DNA of 62,617 bases, counting the filler, from Reclinomonas americana ATCC 50394 (taxonomy: Eukaryota): the NCBI GenBank assembly GCA_048213135.1. It is 5 parts of 2 records of this genome, joined end to end, with 100 filler letters (N's around TTAATTAATTAA, not from the genome) between each part and the next. Parts side by side here need not be neighbours in the genome. Positions count along the whole stretch, not along the records: positions 12,632 to 43,915 come from PS015083.1; 4 more parts are not named here. One strand, written 5' to 3'. The notes beneath the pieces are model-generated. The model saw nothing but the letters and a program-made list of their open reading frames with translations, had not been told where the DNA came from and ran no database searches. Shown in pieces: positions 15,001 to 24,960 of this stretch (within the stretch, counting starts at the first letter, position 1; each line of letters opens with the position of its first letter). The translations under genes and the position numbers were made by a program.

Positions 15001-16464
15001 TGGGTGGAGTGGACAGTGCGCTGTTTGAGATTGCCGGCTCGCAGCTGCGGTTCGTGGCGGCCGGTCAGCGCGGCAGCAACTTGAAGGTTGCAGTGCAGTC
15101 TACAGATGCTGGTGGCGCCAAATATGCACAACTGTTTACGATCAGTGGCGGTGAGCTTGGTTTTGCGTGCTGTAGCGAATGAGCTCATGTTCAGCTTACA
15201 TGTGTTGTTTCCCTGCTCGCGTGCATCCCGCTGTCCATTGCAGCGACTCTCGCTCCGACGGACATTACGCTGTCGGCGGCGCAATATGTGCCAGCGACCG
15301 GACTTAGCAACGTGGTCATAGGCGTGCTGTCAGCAACGGACGTCAATGCACAGGACGCCTTCACGTTTTCGATTTCCGGTGGTCCCGATGGCGCACTGTT
15401 TGACATTGTTGGATCCAGTCTGGTGCTTCGCAACCCACAACTCGCGGGCGATAACCTGCAAGTGACTGTGCGAGTTGCAGACAGCTCGGGCAATGCATTC
15501 TTCAAGACGCTGACTGTCAATCAAGGTACGTGTTTCTGTAATGCGTGTTCGTGCGCGGCTGTACCTTTTGTCTCATGTGCCTTCGCCTGCTTTGCAGCCA
15601 ATGTGGCTCCGACGGATATTTTGCTGTCTTCGACACGATACGCACCACCCCTCGCCACGGGGTCGACTATTGGCCTGCTGAGCTCTGTGGACGACAATTG
15701 TTGCCAATCGTTTGTGTACTCGGTTGTCGGTGGCGCCGACCAGGCCAAGTTTGCGATTGTCGGCAACGAGTTGCGGTCAGCCGTGGCCGGCTTGACGGGC
15801 AACAATCTGCAAGTGCAAATCCAGACAAACGATCAGCATGGTGGCACGCTGACAAAGACATTCACTATCAACGAAGGTGTGTGGGGGGTGCGCGCGTGAT
15901 GCTTTTCGGTTGCAAGTGTAGCTTAAGGCCACGTGTGACGCAGCCAATGTGGCGCCGACCAACATCTCGCTTTCGGCCAGCACATACACGGCACCGACGG
16001 GCGCGGCGAATGTGGTGGTCGGAACGCTGTCTGTCACCGACGCGAACACTGGAGACTCGCACGTGCTGAGCTTGGTGGGTGGTACGGACATGGGCCTGTT
16101 CAACATTTCGGGGACATCGCTGCGCATCAGTGCGGCCGGTCAGCGGGGATCTAGTCTGCGAGTGATTGTGCGTGCACAAGACAGCGGCGGCGCGACAGTG
16201 GACAAGTTGTTTACGATTGTGGACAGTTGCGCTGGCGTAGACGTGGGTGAGGGTGGTGGGTTGTCGATGCGCTTACTGTGTGTTTCCCTGTTGAATCCAA
16301 CAGCACCGACGGCTCCGACGGACATCACCATCACGGGACTAACGTACCTGCCGCCGACCGCCACAGGCAATGTGATGATTGGGTCGCTGGTGGCAGTGGA
16401 CAGTAACTCGACGGACTCGTATGTGTTCTCTGTGCCGCCCATGTCGCCAGTGGACATTGTCGGT
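1..16464 (+). repeat. Tandem array of cadherin-like domain exons (43 complete + 5 partial), period about 345-365 bp
   Basis: Exons are 279-285 nt (e.g. 303-587, 661-945, 1012-1296 ... 15944-16225) and encode VNVAPTDIALSATTYTPPTTANLVVGxLSTTDANSAQTFTYTIVGGANAAMFNISGAQLRITTAGQNGTGLVVIVRSTDNGSGSLFFDKTFTINE. They are separated mostly by 57-80 nt (up to about 93 nt) phase-1 GT-AG introns. Confidence 0.95.
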
Positions 16465-19400
16465 NNNNNNNNNNNNNNNNNNNNNNNNNNNNNNNNNNNN
16501 NNNNNNNNNNNNNNNNNNNNNNNNNNNNNNNNNNNNNNNNNNNNNNNNNNNNNNNNNNNNNNNNNNNNNNNNNNNNNNNNNNNNNNNNNNNNNNNNNNNN
16601 NNNNNNNNNNNNNNNNNNNNNNNNNNNNNNNNNNNNNNNNNNNNNNNNNNNNNNNNNNNNNNNNNNNNNNNNNNNNNNNNNNNNNNNNNNNNNNNNNNNN
16701 NNNNNNNNNNNNNNNNNNNNNNNNNNNNNNNNNNNNNNNNNNNNNNNNNNNNNNNNNNNNNNNNNNNNNNNNNNNNNNNNNNNNNNNNNNNNNNNNNNNN
16801 NNNNNNNNNNNNNNNNNNNNNNNNNNNNNNNNNNNNNNNNNNNNNNNNNNNNNNNNNNNNNNNNNNNNNNNNNNNNNNNNNNNNNNNNNNNNNNNNNNNN
16901 NNNNNNNNNNNNNNNNNNNNNNNNNNNNNNNNNNNNNNNNNNNNNNNNNNNNNNNNNNNNNNNNNNNNNNNNNNNNNNNNNNNNNNNNNNNNNNNNNNNN
17001 NNNNNNNNNNNNNNNNNNNNNNNNNNNNNNNNNNNNNNNNNNNNNNNNNNNNNNNNNNNNNNNNNNNNNNNNNNNNNNNNNNNNNNNNNNNNNNNNNNNN
17101 NNNNNNNNNNNNNNNNNNNNNNNNNNNNNNNNNNNNNNNNNNNNNNNNNNNNNNNNNNNNNNNNNNNNNNNNNNNNNNNNNNNNNNNNNNNNNNNNNNNG
17201 CTTGCGCTGCCGTCGGCGAATGTGGAAGACATGGCTGCCATTCAGTGCACACTGGAGCCTGTGATCAACTCGATTGCGCATCGCACGGTAGCCAGCCTGG
17301 TCAGTATTTCTTTCGATGGAGGCAGGTAGAGAGAAGCATCTGTCACTGACCTACGATGATGGGACTTGCTGAGCGCAGACGGGCAAGCAAGGGGCCGTGG
17401 AAGTGGATACACCATCGTTCACGTTGCGAGCGCAGAAGCTGGATCCGTCGGTGACGTCGACGACAAGTGGCGTGTACTCGGGTGAGAAGAGAGCACTCCT
17501 ATGTCTCTAATGTGTGTGTGGAGGCTGACTTCAGGACACGTACACGTGCATGTAGTCACTGTGGAGTCGTTGGCGTACTTGAACAGCACGAGCGCGCTCA
17601 GCACTCCGCTTGTGATGCTACCACATGGTATTACCAAGCGATACGCCGGTGCGTGCTAGGCGTGAAACGCATGAGAGTGTGACGTCATTGTGCTGACACC
17701 AATCGCACGTGATATAGGAACGGAGGACCTGTTTTATGCGCTCGTCGAGGTATGCAGCCGCCCTTGTGTGTGCAGCTTCCTTGACGATAATATCCTAACG
17801 TGTGCGTGCTTCGGGGTATCATCAAGGTGGGTTTCAAGGGTGCGCCGATCGTCAACGCCACCAATGACTATGGCAGGCAATCGGCACCTGTAAAGGTGTA
17901 CGCGTTCAGCATCCAGGTGATCCTGTCGCCACTCGATTTGTGCTGCTTCGCATTTCTTACTGTCTCTTTCGTGCCTGTTCACAACCGAGTAGAGTTATCG
18001 ATCGGCTGTGGGTGTGCAAGATGAGCCGGAGCCCATGGTGCTTATTGTCCCCGAGTGGCAAACCACTGTACGCAAGTACAACTCGACACTGTCCAACATC
18101 GCCATGTGCATGATGCAGAACTGCTCGCAGTCAGGTGTGATGCGTACTGTGCGCTTGTATGACCAATGAGCAACGCAGTTTCTCATGCATTTTGCCCTTG
18201 ACGGATGACAGTTGCAAGCGAGTACATTTTCAATGTCACGACCAAGGATCCGACGGTGCTGGAGGTGCCNNNNNNNNNNNNNNNNNNNNGAATACCTGGA
18301 TTCCGCTGTGTGTGGCACGCGACGTGTGCAAAGCCGGGAACCGAGTGAGTGCCAGCGGACTGAGTACATATCTACTGGTGGACCCGATTGCTCGAGGAGA
18401 AAAGCCACATGTTTGTCGTTGGTTGTGTGCCATCACAAGCGATGCCGTTCGATGGCTCACCTGCGCCTGTGTTTTTTTCTTCCCTATCTGTCGATGCAGG
18501 TGTCTGGCGTGTACTGTGCAACAACTCACCTTACTGATTTTGTTTCGTCCCTGCTCGTTAGCGAAGATTCCTCACTTTTTGTCCGTTCTGCTCACGATTA
18601 TTTGGCGCACGTGTAGACTCTGGACCTGTCCATCGTGCCGGGCTTCAACTTCTTCGCTGGTGGTGCAACCTTTATTGGAGTGGGCAGTCGGCTGGGCCTC
18701 TTCCTCAGCCCCACTTTCATTCTTCTGAGCACGTACTTTGCACTTGCTGTGGCGGCGTGCATTGTTGTGTGGAGACTTGATCGTGCAACAGATAACGAGG
18801 TGCGTACTGGAACCACATCGTGGTGAGAGTACGTTTGAGCATCTGCTGACTGGAATACATGTCGTCACCACAGCAACGTGTGCTGCAGCAGACGCGCCTG
18901 ACGAATATCCTCCGCCTTGCTGACGTGACGGCACAGCAAGTTGCCGCTGCAGAGTTGATGAAGGGATTGCACGAAGGAGCGCCGGACGCGTGCAGTCCGA
19001 AGTTGGAGGAGCGTGCAATGCGCCACAAGCGAGGATGGCTCAATGTGAAGAGAGGACTGGAGGTGGTCCGAGCCCTTCATGGCCAGGGCAGTGTAGCTTC
19101 CAGCGCTCAACAGGAGGAGGCATACGATCCTGTGTTGCCAGTCAAGCCCACTGGCAATCCATCGCGACGTTCGTATTTGCCACCACTTGTTCGTGCAACT
19201 GCAGAGGTAGATCAGCTTTGTTCGCATCATGCGTGAGAGACGGTTTTACTGATGCTACGTGTTTGTTGGGCACAGCAGCCAGTCGTTGATTCGAATCACG
19301 GACAGCGTACTGCCCCAAGCGACGACTTGCGTGAGGAAGGACCACTGTTCCTTCCCGGACAGACATCCGAGAGTGTGGATAACTCGGTTCTTCACTTTGA

Positions 19401-22400
19401 GGACCACTGGCGCTCTCATCGTCCTCGCCCAGCTGCTGTTCCGCTTCCTCAGCACCCTGTTTGGTCAACACCACGTCTCGGCGACGATGATAGAGGAGGG
19501 GCTGCTGGTGACGGTGCGGATACCCAAGCTCTTGCCGAGGGGTCTATGGTTCCAAACACTCGTGTCACGGAGGACATGCCATGTGCGCCGGAGGCGCCGA
19601 GCGTGCCAGGCCCGTCTGCTGTGCCTCTTCATCGACGGCGGCGGGAGAGATTCGGCCTTGGTCGCCGCCGTCGCTCGCTTTCGCTGGGTCACGAGATTCT
19701 GTCTGCGGTGCGGCCAACAGTCGCAGTCCTCCACTTTGTCCAACGTGACTGACGTGCTACCTGCAGAAAAATCCTGCTATCCAGCTATCTGAACGTGCTG
19801 TTAGTCCTGGTGCCGCGTCTAGTTCTGGTTGGAGCAGAGGTTCGGGACGATGGCATGATGTCATTCCGCTGGCTTCACTGGCCACAACTCCGGCTTCAGC
19901 ATCTACGCGAAACGTTGGGGATATCCCTGTTGCCGACAGCGAGAACCAGCACCGTCCGGGTGCCGCTCTCCGTCGCTTCCAGGCACTCGTCCGGTTGATC
20001 ATCGCCATTCGCCGCACTCGATCGCTGCGTGAGCGTGTGCTGGATCGCCTCTCGTCAATGTGGCGTAATCATCTGTGGATATCGGCCGCCGTCGAACGCG
20101 GCCGTTCGTCGCGTGTGCGCCGGCTGGACAAGGTGTTGGTGAGTAAGAACAAATGAGTGGTTGTTCTGTGAATGTGTGAGCCAACTCCCCGCTTGCCACA
20201 GTTGCTCTGGGTGTACGTGGTCTGCGCTTGCTGCGTCAACGCAGCCGTGGCGACCTCGTCAACAGGAAGCATGTTGCTGACGTTGATGCAAGTTCTTAAT
20301 GTGGCCGTCATTGGTACGTTTGGTGTTCCTCTGTTTCCAGAATGCAGACCTGATCATGACAGGATATTGTTCTCCTTGGTTACTATGTAGGCGCTGTTGT
20401 TGCCTTCCCTTTGATAGTCGTCATTGGAGTCATTTTCCATCTGACTCCCCGTCGATCCGGATCTGCTGCGTTGGATGCGGAACACTTTGGTTGCGTTCTC
20501 GGGTGTGGGTTAGTGGAAATCAACCGCACCAGATGACCTCACGTTGCTGCGCAATTGGACGTATGCACACAGAGTCGGTGCTCCTCACGCAAACGAAGGC
20601 GTTGGCCGTGGACAACCAGGCTCCCGTGTCACGAGTCATTGATGTGTCCGAGCTGTCTCCGTCAGGGAGCGGTGGCGGCGGTGGGGTGAGTGAGTTGTGT
20701 TGCGGCGCAGCATCCTGATATATGTCAGCTCACCGTGCTGCTTTTATTNNNNNNNNNNNNNNNNNNNNNNNNNNNNNNNNNNNNNNNNNNNNNNNNNNNN
20801 NNNNNNNNNNNNNNNNNNNNNNNNNNNNNNNNNNNNNNNNNNNNNNNNNNNNNNNNNNNNNNNNNNNNNNNNNNNNNNNNNNNNNNNNNNNNNNNNNNNN
20901 NNNNNNNNNNNNNNNNNNNNNNNNNNNNNNNNNNNNNNNNNNNNNNNNNNNNNACGGAGAACTTGAGCTGTGCGAGCGGAAAGAGGATTGATTGTAGGAT
21001 GAGAGTGTCGACAGCCAGACTCAGGAAAAGAAAGTGGTTATGAAGAACAGGCTGAGAAGAGGAGAAGAACAAACAGTGGGTCTGAAATTGTGTTGGCCAA
21101 AGAGAGAGGGCGATTGTGAGCGAATGAGCGAGACGCAAGATGCCGAAGAAGTGTTGCGGGCCAGAGACGCAGTAGAGGAAGGAAGGGGTGTGCGCATGTG
21201 TCCGAAAGTGTGGAGAGCCAGAGCCGTGCGTGGGGTGTTCCTATCGCGGATAGCGGAAAGAGGAGTGATTGTAGGATGAAGGAAGAGTGTCGACAGTCAG
21301 AGAGTGGTCGTGAAGGACAGGCTGCTGCGTTGGGAATGTGTTCGAGGCAGCCAATGCTGGGAAGAGATTTTCTGTGTGTATACTCAACCGGGTTCTGTCG
21401 CATTGCAGCCCGCCGCCCACGTGTACAAGCCCGTCAAAGAGGTGCATCTGCAGCATGTTGCGGTCGGCCATGACACGGTCCTGGGATTCGGCGTGGGACT
21501 GCATGTTGTGCGAGCAGTGGAGGGCGTGTCGGCGTATGCTGCAGTTGCGCACCCGTCAAAAGAGCTTGCTGCGCGTGTGTGCGTGGACGACGTGTGAGCT
21601 TACAGTCGTCGATTCTACTCGTTTGTCGCAGCCCGTACTCGGCATGCAGGCGTCTCCATCGCTGGTCGTGCTTGATCGCGTGCTCTTTGTCAACTGCGCC
21701 AAGACAGTTGAGACTGATCCGACGCTGAGCGACGCGAATGCAACATCAGCCGTGTCTGTGGAGCGACGCGGCGGCACCACCGAGAGCACCCTCTTGCTTC
21801 CACACGGCGCAGCATACGGAAAGGAAATTGTGGCGCAAGTGGAAGGCGGCAACGCTGCCGGCTCGTCCATTGCGCAGCTGTGGCGTCGTGCTCTGCGGCG
21901 CAATTTGCCGTTCGCTTTCAAGATTGCTGGTCGCCTTATGTGTGTCATTTTGGCCGTGGCCATGTCGGTGGCCACCGTGACTACCATCACCAAATTCCGC
22001 ACTCAAGAGGAGGACATGGCGGTGGTGAGTATTTCATGTGGGCGCGAGAGTGGAAGGAGAGGGAGAGGGAGAAGGAGAGGGAGAGAAAGGAGAGGGAACT
22101 CCTCTCTTGCTCTCAAAGTCTCATGCTGCCAATCTATCTCTCTTCTGTGCAAGCGAAAGACAAGGAGATAGAGCGAGAGAAGCAATGCGACTGACTCACT
22201 GCCGTGCCCTTCTATCCGTAGACTACGTCGTCTCTGTTGAGCGATGTGCTTCATGCACTGGTGCTCGAGCCGGTGTGGTTGATATTGTTGCAAGTGGCGG
22301 CGTGGATGTTGTGGAAGTGGAGATCGTGGCAGCGTCAGAAGAAGCAGCAGGACAGTCAGACACAGCCGCAAGGACTGGAGCCGACACAAACTGAGCAGGT

Positions 22401-22533
22401 GCAACCTGCTGCAGCTGGGGAGGAGCAGGAAGCTGCCGCACGCAGGCAACAAATACAAGAGCAGCATGAACAGGAGAGGCTGCAGCGGCGCCAGCAGGCG
22501 CTGGATCGGTTCCGCACAGGTGTCGTTGCGTGA
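1..22533 (+). CDS. Giant multi-exon cadherin-repeat / GAIN-GPS / polycystin-1-like 5-TM receptor; 5' end outside the window, more than 5000 aa visible
   Basis: 48 cadherin-like exons (1-16464) are followed by phase-consistent GT-AG exons: 17200-17299, 17379-17481, 17556-17648, 17718-17749, 17827-17916, 17993-18134, 18212-18264, 18291-18410, 18500-18541 (VSGVYCATTHLTDF), 18617-18799 (TM1 ..CIVVWRLDRATD), 18874-19206, 19276-19707, 19767-20138 (NHLWISAAVERGRSSRVRRLDKVL), 20202-20313, 20391-20489 (GAVVAFPLIVVIGVIFHLTPRR), 20573-20685, 21409-21576, 21632-22024 (LPFAFKIAGRLMCVILAVAMSV), 22222-22533 (HALVLEPVWLILLQ..stop). Continuity across N-gaps is inferred. Confidence 0.8.
18515..18541 (+). other. 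GPS (GAIN-domain) autoproteolysis motif C-A-T-T-H-L|T-D-F
   Basis: Matches the CxxxHL|TxF consensus of polycystin-1 and adhesion GPCRs, and lies about 35 aa before a hydrophobic TM helix. Confidence 0.85.
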
Positions 22534-23153
22534 ATGAAGGAGAAGGACAAGATGTGAGCGGGGGAGAAAGGGGAAGGGAGAAAGAGCACAGCAGGAAATG
22601 GAGGCAGGCGGGGGAGAGAACAGAGGCTGCAAAACAATTTAATGGGCGAGAAACATCAGGTGAAGAACGAGAGGCTACGAGTAACAGGCTGGGAAAAATA
22701 AAAACCAACGGACGAAGTCGACAACACATGGGCGAGAAAGGATTGACCGTGGCAAACCCACAGGCAACAGGTCAGCNNNNNNNNNNNNNNNNNNNNNNNN
22801 NNNNNNNNNNNNNNNNNNNNNNNNNNNNNNNNNNNNNNNNNNNNNNNNNNNNNNNNNNNNNNNNNNNNNNNNNNNNNNNNNNNNNNNNNNNNNNNNNNNN
22901 NNNNNNNNNNNNNNNNNNNNNNNNNNNNNNNNNNNNNNNNNNNNNNNNNNNNNNNNNNNNNNNNNNNNNNNNNNNNNNNNNNNNNNNNNNNNNNNNNNNN
23001 NNNNNNNNNNNNNNNNNNNNNNNNNNNNNNNNNNNNNNNNNNNNNNNNNNNNNNNNNNNNNNAAAGAGATCGAAAAAAAAGCAAGAGCGAGAGAGGCCTA
23101 TCGCACTCTCTCTAATACAGAAAAATCCATCGAGGCAAGTTGCCATTTTCTTC

Positions 23154-24960
23154 TCACCAACAATGGCTGGGATTAGCGAGACACCGGTGCATCACAACCT
23201 CGGCGTCCTCGACGATGAAGCAGCGCAGCACCAACTCTGGCAGGCACCGCGAATACAATGCCTCCTCTNNNNNNNNNNNNNNNNNNNNNNNNNNNNNNNN
23301 NNNNNNNNNNNNNNNNNNNNNNNNNNNNNNNNNNNNNNNNNNNNNNNNNNNNNNNNNNNNNNNNNNNNNNNNNNNNNNNNNNNNNNNNNNNNNNNNNNNN
23401 NNNNNNNNNNNNNNNNNNNNNNNNNNNNNNNNNNNNNNNNNNNNNNNNNNNNNNNNNNNNNNNNNNNNNNNNNNNNNNNNNNNNNNNNNNNNNNNNNNNN
23501 NNNNNNNNNNNNNNNNNNNNNNNNNNNNNNNNNNNNNNNNNNNNNNNNNNNNNNNNNNNNNNNNNNNNNNNNNNNNNNNNNNNNNNNNNNNNNNNNNNNN
23601 NNNNNNNNNNNNNNNNNNNNNNNNNNNNNNNNNNNNNNNNNNNNNNNNNNNNNNNNNNNNNNNNNNNNNNNNNNNNNNNNNNNNNNNNNNNNNNNNNNNN
23701 NNNNNNNNNNNNNNNNNNNNNNNNNNNNNNNNNNNNNNNNNNNNNNNNNNNNNNNNNNNNNNNNNNNNNNNNNNNNNNNNNNNNNNNNNNNNNNNNNNNN
23801 NNNNNNNNNNNNNNNNNNNNNNNNNNNNNNNNNNNNNNNNNNNNNNNNNNNNNNNNNNNNNNNNNNNNNNNNNNNNNNNNNNNNNNNNNNNNNNNNNNNN
23901 NNNNNNNNNNNNNNNNNNNNNNNNNNNNNNNNNNNNNNNNNNNNNNNNNNNNNNNNNNNNNNNNNNNNNNNNNNNNNNNNNNNNNNGTGCTCTCCTGCAT
24001 CCGCTGGACAGCCTGCATGGCCGAGCGCGCGGTGGCGAGCTCGGAGTGAGCAAGGCCGCTTGGCGTCGGCCACACTCGTATCGTCTTGTCGTGGCCACCG
24101 GCACTCACAATGTGCCGACCGTCGGGGGTGATGGCGACGGACCACACCCAATGCGTGTGCCCATCCATCCGTCGCACTTGCTCTCCACTCGCCAACGACC
24201 ACACTCGCACAGTCTTGTCCTCACTCCCACTCACAGCGTGTTGCCCGTCGGGAGTGACGGCGACACACAAGACAACGGCAGTGTGCCCCACCAACCGGCG
24301 CATCTCTTCCCCACTCGGCAGTGACCACACACGAATGGTCTCGTCCAGACCCCCACTCACGATGCACTGACCATCGGGANNNNNNNNNNNNNNNNNNNNN
24401 NNNNNNNNNNNNNNNNNNNNNNNNNNNNNNNNNNNNNNNNNNNNNNNNNNNNNNNNNNNNNNNNNNACTAGCCAGTGACCACACCCGCACTGTCGCGTCC
24501 CCACCACCGCTCACAATGTGCTGACCATCAGGGGTGACGGCGATAGACTGCACAGCTCCAGTGTGTCCCACCAGCCGCCGCACTTCCTCCTCCGTCGCCA
24601 TTGACCACACTCGGATTGTCTCGTCTCGGCTCCCGCTCACGAAGTGCTGACCATCGGGAGTCACCGCAACAGAGCGCACCAAATTCGTGTGCCCCTTTGA
24701 CCACCACACTTCCTCGCCCTCCGCCACAGACCACACCCGCACTGCCGCTGCGCGTCCCCGCCTCCGCTCACAATGTGTGCACCGTCGGGAGCAACGGCGA
24801 CACACCACACTCCGTCGGTGTGCCGCTCCCATCGACGCACTCGTGCTCCACCCGCCAGCGGCCACACACGCACTGTGTTGTCATTACTCCCGCTCACAAC
24901 GTGCTGATTGCTGGGTGCGACAGCGACGCACCACACCGGGAATGTGTGTCCCTCCAGAAC
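23154..24960 (-). CDS. WD40-repeat protein (about 7 blades) with a conserved C-terminal tail; apparent frameshift near 24750 (pseudogene or assembly error); first exon not resolved
   Basis: Repeats of GHTxxVxxVAVTPDGQHxVSGxxDxTVRVW follow an acceptor ctctccag at 24961. After a gap the tail reads EEALYSRCLPELVLRCFIVEDAEVV..W*. The frame shifts at GAC GCG CAGCG GCA GTG CGG. Confidence 0.8.

Noticed and set aside
1-16464. Repeat-spacer pattern suggesting a CRISPR or cassette array; many short or antisense ORFs
   Set aside because: The repeats are 285-nt coding exons and the spacers are GT-AG introns. The - strand ORFs are shadows of the same exons.
20976-21325. Imperfect direct repeat of about 75 bp (gcggaaagagga..tgattgtaggatga..agagtgtcgacag) in an intron
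   Set aside because: No TIR, TSD or coding capacity; this looks like a local intronic duplication rather than a mobile element.
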